Source: an uncultured Acidimicrobiaceae bacterium (GTDB lineage Bacteria > Actinomycetota > Acidimicrobiia > Spongiisociales > UBA5794). From it: 62,070 nt of DNA. Both the position numbers and the translations under genes were made by a program. The notes below the pieces were generated by a model. That model searched no databases. It worked only from the letters and a program-made list of their open reading frames with translations, and was not told the DNA's origin. Shown in pieces: positions 20,938 through 29,334 of the stretch (its first letter is position 1; the number at the start of each line of letters is the position of its first letter). Where the stretch lies: positions 1 to 62,070 of the forward strand of contig CAYFYC010000006.1 of the NCBI GenBank assembly GCA_964347305.1, in the 5' to 3' direction.

Positions 20938-21824
20938 TGGCCAGCCGCCGCAAACCTTCGATCTGGGCTGCCGGCGGCGTGGTGACACGCACCCGACCCG
21001 ACGGCAAACCCGAGTACCTCATCATCTACCGCAAGCACTACGACGACTGGAGCCTCCCAAAGGGCAAGCTGAGCCGCGGCGAGACCTTCCGGCGTGCCGC
21101 AGTGCGCGAGATCCGGGAAGAGACCGGCGCAAAGGGCCCCACGATCGGACGCATCGGATCGATCGCCTACGAGACCCCGGCCGGCAACCAGAAAGTCGTC
21201 CGGTACTGGTTGATCCGTGCCGAGAAGGGGAAGTTCCGCCCCAGCCGCGAGGTGGCAGCCATCGATTGGCTTGGCGGGAAGAAGGCGAGGGCGCGGCTCA
21301 CGTACGAGCGCGATCGCGCGGTGCTGACACGCGGCATCGAGATGGTGAGACGCCCCCAGAGCGGCCGCATCTTCCTCACCAGACACGGCCGGGCCGGAGA
21401 TCGGACACAGTGGACGGGTCGTGACCGGCTCCGGCCTCTGTCGAAACGTGGCATTCGCCAGGCCGAGGCACTCGCCGACTACTTCGTCCATCTCCCGGTG
21501 GATCGCATCTACAGCAGCCCGTTCGAACGCTGTGAGGAGACGGTGGAGCCACTGGCGCGGACCCTCGGCCTGAAGATCCGGCGCCAGAAGCTGCTCGCCG
21601 AAGGCACCCGCCCCAAACAGCTCGCGAGGTTCATCGAGACGCTCGGCCCGACGAGCGCCGTCCTCTCCAGCCAGGGGGACGTGATCGGCGATCTCATCGG
21701 ATCACTCGCCAGGAAGGGCGTCGACATCGACGGCCCCCTCGAATGGAGGAAGGGCTCGATCTGGGTTCTGGAGACCCGCCGTGGCAAGGTGGTCGAGGCC
21801 CGCTACGTGCCACCCCTCGCCTGA
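20937..21824 (+). CDS. mutT1: Nudix hydrolase fused to histidine phosphatase domain (MutT1-type)
   Basis: Nudix box GKLSRGETFRRAAVREIREETGA, then RHG phosphatase motif LTRHGRAGDR. The ATG shares one nt with the ppk stop (TGATG). The ppk1-mutT1 adjacency is recalled from mycobacteria. Confidence 0.8.
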   Translation: MASRRKPSIWAAGGVVTRTRPDGKPEYLIIYRKHYDDWSLPKGKLSRGETFRRAAVREIREETGAKGPTIGRIGSIAYETPAGNQKVVRYWLIRAEKGKFRPSREVAAIDWLGGKKARARLTYERDRAVLTRGIEMVRRPQSGRIFLTRHGRAGDRTQWTGRDRLRPLSKRGIRQAEALADYFVHLPVDRIYSSPFERCEETVEPLARTLGLKIRRQKLLAEGTRPKQLARFIETLGPTSAVLSSQGDVIGDLIGSLARKGVDIDGPLEWRKGSIWVLETRRGKVVEARYVPPLA

Positions 21825-22486
21825 CGGACGAACCCGGCGACCACACCGACGATCTCTTCGAGCACCTCTGCGTCGTCACGGCCGGAGCGTTTGGTGACGT
21901 GGAACCCGTGATCGGCGTCGTCGACGACGTGCAAGGTCGGGGCCGGGAGTGACTCGGCGACCTCCCGGACGAGCTCCAGCGGCGCCAGACGGTCACGTGT
22001 CCCGGCCACGAAGAGCTGCGGCACGTCGATGCGGCGCAGATGCTCGACAGATCGCGGCTCCGTCTTGCCGATCGCAACGAGTGGATACCCGAGGTAGACC
22101 AGCGCCGCCAGTTCTTCGCCGGTACGGCCGGCCCCGCCGTCGACGCCGCCGGCCAGGTGCGAGCCCACTCTCCCTCCCATCGACTTCCCTGCGAGCACAA
22201 CTCGCTCGACACGGCCGGCGAGCCACCGATGGGCGGCATCGTGGACGTCGAGCAGCTTCGGCAGACGATCCGGAGCCCTGCGTCCGGCCATCCGGTACGC
22301 GTAGTCGAAGGTCAGCGTCGTGATGTCGCCGGCGGCGAGGCCGGACCGGACGGACGCCATGAACGGATGGTCCTGGCCGGCACCGGCTCCCGGGGCGAGT
22401 AGAACCCCGACGCCGGGGTCGCGGAGTTCGAGGACGCCGCGCACGGGGCCGTCCGAGCCCCAGGGGATCTCGACCGTTCGGGTCAT
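21803..22486 (-). CDS. Alpha/beta hydrolase (dienelactone hydrolase / KANL3-like)
   Basis: GKSMGGRV nucleophile elbow and a C-terminal DADHGF histidine. Start at ATG 22486. The 3' end overlaps the mutT1 3' end by 22 nt. Confidence 0.7.
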   Translation of the reverse strand: MTRTVEIPWGSDGPVRGVLELRDPGVGVLLAPGAGAGQDHPFMASVRSGLAAGDITTLTFDYAYRMAGRRAPDRLPKLLDVHDAAHRWLAGRVERVVLAGKSMGGRVGSHLAGGVDGGAGRTGEELAALVYLGYPLVAIGKTEPRSVEHLRRIDVPQLFVAGTRDRLAPLELVREVAESLPAPTLHVVDDADHGFHVTKRSGRDDAEVLEEIVGVVAGFVRQARGGT

Positions 22487-22502
22487 CGAATCACGGAACC
22501 GA

Positions 22503-23423
22503 TCACACGTTTCCTCCACAGACGATCACGACGACGGGACCCACGACGTCGAGATCCTCTGCCGTCGCCAGCGCCATGGCGGCGCTTCCTTCGATCTCGT
22601 ATCCCGCAGCGGAGCGATGATCGCCGAGCGCAGCCGCGATCCGCTCCTCCGGCTGCAGCACCCAGCGGTTCACGAGGAGCCGACACAGCTCCAGCGTGAT
22701 CGTCCCGGGCTCGAGATCGCCTGCCGTGCCATCCGACAGTGTCGGGTCACCGTCCACAGCAACGATTACTCCCGCGACGACCGACGCCGCCATTGCCGCA
22801 TCGACGACGGGTGAGGTGCCGACGACGCCGTTCAACAGACCCTGCAAGTTGGCGGCGACACCCGAGATGAGGCCACCACCACCGACCGCGGCGACGAGGG
22901 TGAACGGTTCGCCGACCTGCTCACGCAACTCCCGGCCGATGGTGCCCTGCCCAGCGACCACGGCAGGGTCGTTGTAGGGCGAGACGTAGACCCCTCCCGC
23001 ATCGGCGGCGGCCAGGCGTGCGGCTCGTTCGGCCTCGATGGCGTTGCCGCCGACCTCGATGACCTCGGCGCCGGCCGCAGTGATGCGGGCGAGCTTGGCG
23101 GGCTGTGCGCCGGCGGGAACACACACCTTCGCCGCCACGCCCGCGTGCTGTGCGACGTGCGCCACGGCCAGACCGTGATTGCCGGTCGAGGCCGCCCAGA
23201 GCCCGCACTCGAGCTGCGCTGCCGTCAGCGTGGACACCTTTGCGGCGACACCCCGCAGCTTGAACGATCCCGTCACCTGGAGGTCTTCGCGCTTGGCGAA
23301 CACCGGTCGTCTCGGCCGCGACAAATGAGTCATCGGTTCCAGCGGCGTCACCCGCGCCAGTTTGCGGACGGCGGGCGAGACCTTCTCGGTCAGGTCGCGG
23401 ATCTCGTCCGGAGTCGTCATCAC
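22503..23423 (-). CDS. PLP-dependent threonine/serine dehydratase family protein
   Basis: PLP-lysine motif SFKLRGV, GNHG, and glycine loop VGGGGLISG (fold-type II). Confidence 0.8.
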   Translation of the reverse strand: MMTTPDEIRDLTEKVSPAVRKLARVTPLEPMTHLSRPRRPVFAKREDLQVTGSFKLRGVAAKVSTLTAAQLECGLWAASTGNHGLAVAHVAQHAGVAAKVCVPAGAQPAKLARITAAGAEVIEVGGNAIEAERAARLAAADAGGVYVSPYNDPAVVAGQGTIGRELREQVGEPFTLVAAVGGGGLISGVAANLQGLLNGVVGTSPVVDAAMAASVVAGVIVAVDGDPTLSDGTAGDLEPGTITLELCRLLVNRWVLQPEERIAAALGDHRSAAGYEIEGSAAMALATAEDLDVVGPVVVIVCGGNV

Positions 23424-23501
23424 CCGATCCTATGAGGACGGCGTCGATGGCGACATCTCGACGGGGATCGCCTCGTCCAGAACGCCGTCTATGTTGGCGG
23501 C

Positions 23502-24197
23502 GTGGACGTGAGGATCATCGACGACGTGGAGGCATTGCAGGCGGCGGCTGCCGACCTGGTCGCCGACTACATCCGGGCCGGAGGCACCGATCTCGGACTC
23601 GCCGGTGGCTCCACCCCCAGGCCCGTGCACCGCCACCTGGCCGGGCTCGATCTGCCGTGGACCCAGGTGACCCTGTGGCTGGGGGACGAGCGCTGGGTGC
23701 CGCCGGACCACGAGGACGCCAACACCCGAATGGCACGGCTGACCATCGCCGACGAGGTCGCGGCCCGATTCGTGACACCGGACACCACGGGTTCCGACCC
23801 GGCGATTGCTGCCGCCCATTACGAGATCACCCTCCGAACCGTGCTCGACACCAGTGCGGCGGGTCGTGTGACACCGGGGCTCGTGATGCTCGGCATGGGT
23901 GCCGACGGACACACGGCATCGCTCTTTCCCGGCAGCGACGCGCTCGACCGCATGGACCGCGACTACGTGGCGACCTGGGTCGCGGCAAAGGAGACGTGGC
24001 GTCTCACCATGACGTTCCCCGCCCTCTGGGCGGCCGACCGGATCGTCTTCCTCGTCACCGGCGCCGACAAGGCCGAAACGGTCCGCGAGATCATCGACGA
24101 CGAAGCGCCCCATCCGGCGCAGCGTGTCGCCGCCGGCGCAGCCGCCGTCACGTGGCTCCTCGACGCCGCCGCCGCCTCACGCCTCGGCAGCGCCTGA
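23502..24197 (+). CDS. pgl: 6-phosphogluconolactonase
   Basis: LAGGSTP, LGDERWVP, GMGADGHTASLFPGS. Confidence 0.9.
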   Translation: MDVRIIDDVEALQAAAADLVADYIRAGGTDLGLAGGSTPRPVHRHLAGLDLPWTQVTLWLGDERWVPPDHEDANTRMARLTIADEVAARFVTPDTTGSDPAIAAAHYEITLRTVLDTSAAGRVTPGLVMLGMGADGHTASLFPGSDALDRMDRDYVATWVAAKETWRLTMTFPALWAADRIVFLVTGADKAETVREIIDDEAPHPAQRVAAGAAAVTWLLDAAAASRLGSA

Positions 24198-24251
24198 ACG
24201 CCCGGCCCGGTTCTCGAGGTCGGCGAACGCCTAGCCCGTGGCTCGGCGGAG

Positions 24252-24641
24252 TCAGCTTCCCGGAATCGCGCCCCGTTCCCGCACGATGTCGAGGAACAGC
24301 GAGACGACGGGGTGATCCGACTCCAGATCGACGATGCGCTCATTCAACTCGGTACGCAGCTGCAGAGGCTCGCACGCCAGCCTGATGGCACGCTCGTCGA
24401 GGATCTCCCCGATGTCGCGAAGAGCTGCGATGCGCGGCGTTGCCGGTGCCTCGCCGGTCACGACAGCTCGTGGTGCTTCGACCAGTTCGGCAGCCATCAG
24501 CCTGACGTAGTCCTCGGCGACGTCGACGACCTCGTCACACGACGCCACCTCTTCCACCACCTCCGGCTCCGGGATCTCGAGGGGGGCGTCGGGTGAGCAC
24601 GCCGGGAGCATCGCGATCGAGGCGACCACGAAGAGCCTCAT
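24252..24641 (-). CDS. Putative lipoprotein, function unknown
   Basis: MRLFVVASIAMLPACS lipobox. Start at ATG 24641, inside track ORF 24252..24743. Confidence 0.55.
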   Translation of the reverse strand: MRLFVVASIAMLPACSPDAPLEIPEPEVVEEVASCDEVVDVAEDYVRLMAAELVEAPRAVVTGEAPATPRIAALRDIGEILDERAIRLACEPLQLRTELNERIVDLESDHPVVSLFLDIVRERGAIPGS

Positions 24642-24673
24642 CGGCGTGGTGAGGACACGGCTGCGGCCTGCGG

Positions 24674-25396
24674 TCATGGCGACATCGTATCGGCGAGCGG
24701 CCCACTCGAACGCACTCCGGAAGCCGTCCGGTACCCCGCCCACAGCAGCAGAGCGCCGACGAGCAGGGAGATGGCGAAGCCACCGCCTTCACCCAAGGCG
24801 GTCAGCGAACCACCGGTCGCCGGCGCCAGGGTTCCGAGCACGATGAGGATGTTGCCGAGGACGATGCGACGGTTGCCTCTCCGGTGCACGAGGATCGCAC
24901 GCACGGCGAGACCGACGATGACCAGGGTCCCGAGACCGCCTGCGATCGCCGCGAAGACGCGGGGGCTCGGCAAAGGGGCGCCATCGATCTCGGTCATCCC
25001 GGCTTCGAACACCTCAGAGCCCTCAGGGATGCCCACGTCGGCGATGTTCCCGACCGCGGGTGCCGCCATCGTGATCCACGTGGCGAGGCCGAGAAACGCG
25101 ATCACGACGACCGTCGACCGCCGGGCCGTTCGCTCCGATGCCCCCAGCATGATCGACCCCAATGCGAGCAGCGGGATGTTGGCGATCGCCCCGAACAGAT
25201 AGAAGACCCGGAAGGACGTGTCGGACCACCCGCCGGCGAGACCGACGACGAGCGCCCATGTGGCGAGCGCGTACATGCCCATCGCCACGGACCACGTGGC
25301 CGCATGCGACCGGGGGCGGCGCCGGTGACCGATCCAGAGGTCGATGGCGAACTCGGTGGCGATGACGGCTGCGATCGTCGCGAGCACCAGATCCAT
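24674..25396 (-). CDS. Polytopic integral membrane protein, function unknown
   Basis: Six to seven hydrophobic segments beginning at MDLVLATIAAVIATEFAIDLWIG. No family motif recognised. Confidence 0.6.
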   Translation of the reverse strand: MDLVLATIAAVIATEFAIDLWIGHRRRPRSHAATWSVAMGMYALATWALVVGLAGGWSDTSFRVFYLFGAIANIPLLALGSIMLGASERTARRSTVVVIAFLGLATWITMAAPAVGNIADVGIPEGSEVFEAGMTEIDGAPLPSPRVFAAIAGGLGTLVIVGLAVRAILVHRRGNRRIVLGNILIVLGTLAPATGGSLTALGEGGGFAISLLVGALLLWAGYRTASGVRSSGPLADTMSP

Positions 25397-25510
25397 GGGC
25401 TGCAGGCTAAAGCGTTCCGCCGCCGACCAGATTGGCCCCCGGTCGAGCAAGATTCACCGTGCAGCTATGTCGAACGGTGTCATACAATCGAACCCACAGG
25501 CATCCAGGGG

Positions 25511-25768
25511 GTGAGGGCGATTCGAGACACGGCCGAAGGGCGCTTCAGCGTCAAGACGCTCGCCGATGGCACGCGGCGCGCCGCACGCCGCGTCGCGGTC
25601 GGAGTCGTCGGCACGACCGTGCTCGTGATCGGTGTCGTGATGATCGTGACACCGGGGCCGGCCATCCTCGTCATTCCCGCCGGGCTCGCCATCCTCGGCA
25701 CCGAGTTCCGCTGGGCCCGCCGCCAAGTCGATCGGATCAGATCCGAGATGAGGCGTCGCACCGGGTGA
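25511..25768 (+). CDS. PGPGW-type small two-TM membrane protein
   Basis: VGTTVLVIGVVMIVTPGPAILVIPAGLAILGTEFRWARR matches the remembered PGPGW family pattern. The start is uncertain; GTG 25511 was chosen. The stop overlaps the GTG of the next gene (GTGA). Confidence 0.5.
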   Translation: MRAIRDTAEGRFSVKTLADGTRRAARRVAVGVVGTTVLVIGVVMIVTPGPAILVIPAGLAILGTEFRWARRQVDRIRSEMRRRTG

Positions 25769-26703
25769 CCGTCTCGCCGGCGACGTCCATCATCCAGACT
25801 CGTGGCCTCGGGCACGCCTACGGCGACATCGTCGCGCTCCACCACGTCGATCTCGACGTGCCGGCCGGGACCATCGGGCTCGTGGGCGCGAACGGCGCTG
25901 GCAAGTCCACACTCATCAAGATCCTCCTCGGCATCCTCAGCCCCACCGCGGGCGACCTCGCCGTGTTGGGTGCCCCGGTCACGGCGACGACGATCGCACA
26001 GCGCGATCGCGTCGGCTACATGCCCGAGGCGGAGTGTCTGCCTCTCGACCAGAAGGCGTCCGACTTCATCGTCTACGCCGCGCTCCTGGCCGGGCTCCAG
26101 GGCACGGCAGCACGGCAGCGGGCCTCGGACGTCCTGACGCTGGTGGGTCTCGACGAGGAGCGTTTCCGGTATCTCGGCGAGTTCTCGACCGGCATGAAGC
26201 AGCGAGCGAAGCTCGCCCAAGCGATCGTCCACGATCCGTTGCTCGTCTACCTCGATGAACCCACCGCAGGTCTCGACCCGGCCGGTCGCGACGAGATGCT
26301 CGACCTCATCGACCGCCTCTCCGGGTTCGGCATCAACGTGCTCGCGTCGTCGCACGTGCTGTCGGACATCGAGAAGACCTGCGACTGGGTGATCATGCTC
26401 GATGGCGGGCGCGTGCTCCGTAACGGACCGATCAGCGGGCTCTCGGACACCGGGGTCGCCGAGGTCGAGGTCACCGCGAACGCAAGGGCCGTCGGGGAGG
26501 CACTCGTGCAACGCGGGGCGGTGATCGATCGCATCGGCGACGTGATCCGCGTGCTGTCGACGAACGGTGACGTCGACGCCTACGACCTCATTCGTGACAC
26601 GCTCGTCGCAGTCGGCTCCGGCATCCGGCGGCTCGGCGTCAGATCGACGACCCTCGAAGACATCTTCCTCGGCGAGGCCTCGGCGAACGAGGTGGAACCG
26701 TGA
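25765..26703 (+). CDS. ABC transporter ATP-binding protein (first of two)
   Basis: Walker A GANGAGKST, signature FSTGMKQR, Walker B LVYLDEPTAGLD, H-loop SSHVL. Confidence 0.9.
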   Translation: MTVSPATSIIQTRGLGHAYGDIVALHHVDLDVPAGTIGLVGANGAGKSTLIKILLGILSPTAGDLAVLGAPVTATTIAQRDRVGYMPEAECLPLDQKASDFIVYAALLAGLQGTAARQRASDVLTLVGLDEERFRYLGEFSTGMKQRAKLAQAIVHDPLLVYLDEPTAGLDPAGRDEMLDLIDRLSGFGINVLASSHVLSDIEKTCDWVIMLDGGRVLRNGPISGLSDTGVAEVEVTANARAVGEALVQRGAVIDRIGDVIRVLSTNGDVDAYDLIRDTLVAVGSGIRRLGVRSTTLEDIFLGEASANEVEP

Positions 26704-27590
26704 GCGGCCGCAGCGGCGTCGTCTACGACCTGGGCTACGTGCCCCATGACGGTCCTCGGCTCGGGCGAGGCGGCGCGATCCGTGCCATCGTCGCCGACGG
26801 GATCCGCCGCGTCATGGGAATCCGCCGCAAAGCGCGGCGCAAGGTCTTTCCCTGGATGATGTTCACCATCGCCATGCTGCCCGCGATCGTGTTCGTCGGC
26901 CTGGCGTTCTTCGTCGACAGCTTCGCCCCGGATCTCGACAGCCCCTTCGGCAGCCACGCCGACTACTACGCGCTGGCGGGGGTCCCCACCTTCGTCTTCG
27001 TGGCGCTCGCCGCACCGGAGCTGCTCATCCCCGACCGCACCCAGGGCGTGCTCAGCGTCTACAGCTCGCGACCCATCAGCTCGCGGGACTACGTGCTGGC
27101 CCGGCTCGGCACGCTCGGTGTGCTCGTCGCCGGCTTCACGCTCGTTCCTCAACTCTTGATGTACACGGGATTCGCCGCACTCGACGATCGTGGCTTCCTG
27201 ACGGCGGTGATCGGCAACTGGCCCGAGCTGTGGCGGATGGTCGCAACGTCGACGAGCTTCTTCCTCGGCTGGGGCGTCATCGGGTTCTTCATCGCCGTGT
27301 TCGCCGGCCGCACCACCACGGCTCGCGCCCTCTTTCTCGGTGGGCTCGTCGGTTCGTCCGGCCTCTCCGCGGCCCTCGTCGAGTCCGGAGCCTTCGACCT
27401 GGCTCGCTATGCCGCGTTCGGGGCCCTACTCGATCAGCCGTTCTACATCCGTGACTGGGTCTACGGGATCACGTCGGACACGATCCCGGCCCGTGCCGGC
27501 TTCGGACCGGGTCTGTCGCTGCTGATGATGATCGTGTTGGCCGCCGTGACGGTCAGGGTTGCGATCGTCCGCTACCGGAGGCTGGTGTGA
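26700..27590 (+). CDS. ABC-2-like transporter permease (first of two)
   Basis: GTGA overlap with the ATPase stop. Cytoplasmic basic N-terminus followed by about six TM segments. Confidence 0.7.
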   Translation: MSGRSGVVYDLGYVPHDGPRLGRGGAIRAIVADGIRRVMGIRRKARRKVFPWMMFTIAMLPAIVFVGLAFFVDSFAPDLDSPFGSHADYYALAGVPTFVFVALAAPELLIPDRTQGVLSVYSSRPISSRDYVLARLGTLGVLVAGFTLVPQLLMYTGFAALDDRGFLTAVIGNWPELWRMVATSTSFFLGWGVIGFFIAVFAGRTTTARALFLGGLVGSSGLSAALVESGAFDLARYAAFGALLDQPFYIRDWVYGITSDTIPARAGFGPGLSLLMMIVLAAVTVRVAIVRYRRLV

Positions 27591-28525
27591 CGCTCGATCC
27601 CGCATTCGCCGACACTCCGGTCGTCGAGGTCGATCAGGTCTCCAAGTGGTTCGGCCAGAAGGTCGCCGTCTCGAGCGTCTCCATGTCGTTCGGACCCGGC
27701 GTCACCGGGCTGCTCGGCCCGAATGGCGCAGGCAAGACCACCATGCTCCGCATGCTGTCGGGTCTGATCTCGCCGTCGCAGGGTTCGGTGACGATCCAGG
27801 GTCGGAACCCGCGCACCGATCACTCCGTCCACCAGGACGTGGCGCTCGTTCCCGAGGAGAGCGGTCTCTATGGGTTCATGACGGGACGGAACTACGTGAC
27901 GTATGCCGCCACCCTGACGAGGACGGCTTCCCGTCATGCCGTCGACCGCGTCCTCGACCTGGTGGCGATGCAGGATGCCGCCGATCGAGAGGTCGGCGGC
28001 TATTCGAAGGGCATGCGACAGCGCATCAAGGTGGCCGCCGCCCTCGTCCACGATCCCTCGGTGCTCGTCCTCGACGAGCCCCTCAATGGGACCGATCCGG
28101 TGCAGCGCGCCCACCTCATCGATCTGTTCCGGCAGCTCGGGCACGAGGGCCGAACAGTGATCGTGTCGTCGCACGTCCTCGAGGAGGTCGAACGGATGAC
28201 CGATCGGGTCATCGCCATGGTCGACGGCAAACTCGCCGCCGCAGGCGACTTCACGGCGATCCGATCGGCGATGACGGACATCCCGTATCACGTCCGCATC
28301 GCCGCCTCCGACGCCAGGGCCCTGGCCGCCGAGTTGCTGGCCAGCGACCACGTCGACGGGGCGACGGTGGACGGCGCCACGGCGCGCATCACGACGCGCA
28401 GCGTGCTCGACCTGGGTGCCGAGGTGCCTCGTGTGGCGTCGCGGCTGGGGGTCCGGGTCACGGAGTTCCGACCGGAGGACGAGTCGCTCGAGAGCGTCTT
28501 CCGGTATTTGGTGGGGCGGCGGTGA
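27587..28525 (+). CDS. ABC transporter ATP-binding protein (second of two)
   Basis: Walker A GPNGAGKTT, signature YSKGMRQR, Walker B VLVLDEPLNGTD, H-loop SSHVL. 4-nt overlap with the upstream permease. Confidence 0.9.
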   Translation: MTLDPAFADTPVVEVDQVSKWFGQKVAVSSVSMSFGPGVTGLLGPNGAGKTTMLRMLSGLISPSQGSVTIQGRNPRTDHSVHQDVALVPEESGLYGFMTGRNYVTYAATLTRTASRHAVDRVLDLVAMQDAADREVGGYSKGMRQRIKVAAALVHDPSVLVLDEPLNGTDPVQRAHLIDLFRQLGHEGRTVIVSSHVLEEVERMTDRVIAMVDGKLAAAGDFTAIRSAMTDIPYHVRIAASDARALAAELLASDHVDGATVDGATARITTRSVLDLGAEVPRVASRLGVRVTEFRPEDESLESVFRYLVGRR

Positions 28526-28529
28526 CGAA

Positions 28530-29282
28530 ATGACCCCGTACGTCGCCATCGCCCGCACCACGGCACGCCAGGTCATCGGCGGCAAGCGGCTCATCGGCTT
28601 CATCCTCCTGATCCTGGGCCCGGCGGGGATCATGTGGCTCTCGACGGGGAACCAGAGCCCGGCGGCAGCGATCAACGACGTGATCGACATCACGGTCGGG
28701 ACCTTCTTCGTCGTCGCCATACCCGTGGTGTCCGTCATGCTGGCCACGACCGCCCTCGGCGCCGACCGGCGGGACGCAACCATCTCGTTCATCGCCCTGC
28801 GACCTCTGAGCCGTCCGTTCATCGGCCTCGCCAAGATCGTCGGCGGCCTGCTCACTGCGTACGCCCTGACCGGTCTCGGGGCGCTGGCCATCGGATTCGT
28901 CGCCCTCATCCGACTCGAGGACGCCGGCTACATCGTTCCCCTGCTCGTCGGCACGCTGATCTCGACCCTGGCGTACACCGCCGTGCTGGTCCCCCTCGGC
29001 TACGTGACCGAGCGGGCGTCGGTGATCGGCCTCGCCTACGTGTTCATCTGGGAGAGCGCCATTGCGGGCACGATCGCCGGACTCGCCTGGTCGTCCTTGT
29101 GGCGCGTGGGCTTCCTCGCCTTCGTTGCCCTGGCGCCTGAGGGCACCGAAAACGTGATTCCAGAGTTCAGCGTCGGCGATCTCGATCCGACCGTCGGCTC
29201 GTCGCTGACCCGGGTGCTGATCCTCACCGTCATCGGCACCGTCGTCACCGGATGGCTGCTCCGGACCCGCGATCTGGTCTGA
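28530..29282 (+). CDS. ABC-2-like transporter permease (second of two)
   Basis: Start at ATG 28530 (MTPYVAIARTTARQVIGGKRL), then six hydrophobic segments. Confidence 0.7.
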   Translation: MTPYVAIARTTARQVIGGKRLIGFILLILGPAGIMWLSTGNQSPAAAINDVIDITVGTFFVVAIPVVSVMLATTALGADRRDATISFIALRPLSRPFIGLAKIVGGLLTAYALTGLGALAIGFVALIRLEDAGYIVPLLVGTLISTLAYTAVLVPLGYVTERASVIGLAYVFIWESAIAGTIAGLAWSSLWRVGFLAFVALAPEGTENVIPEFSVGDLDPTVGSSLTRVLILTVIGTVVTGWLLRTRDLV

Positions 29283-29334
29283 GCCTAAGGGCCTGATGCC
29301 TCGCCCACGTTGCGTCCGCCGCTAGCTTCCCCAC

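Noticed and set aside
18844-20988. 714-aa minus-strand ORF opposite ppk1
   Set aside because: It is antisense to a full-length ppk1 with all signature motifs. It is Arg/Asp/Val/Gly-rich with no recognisable domain.
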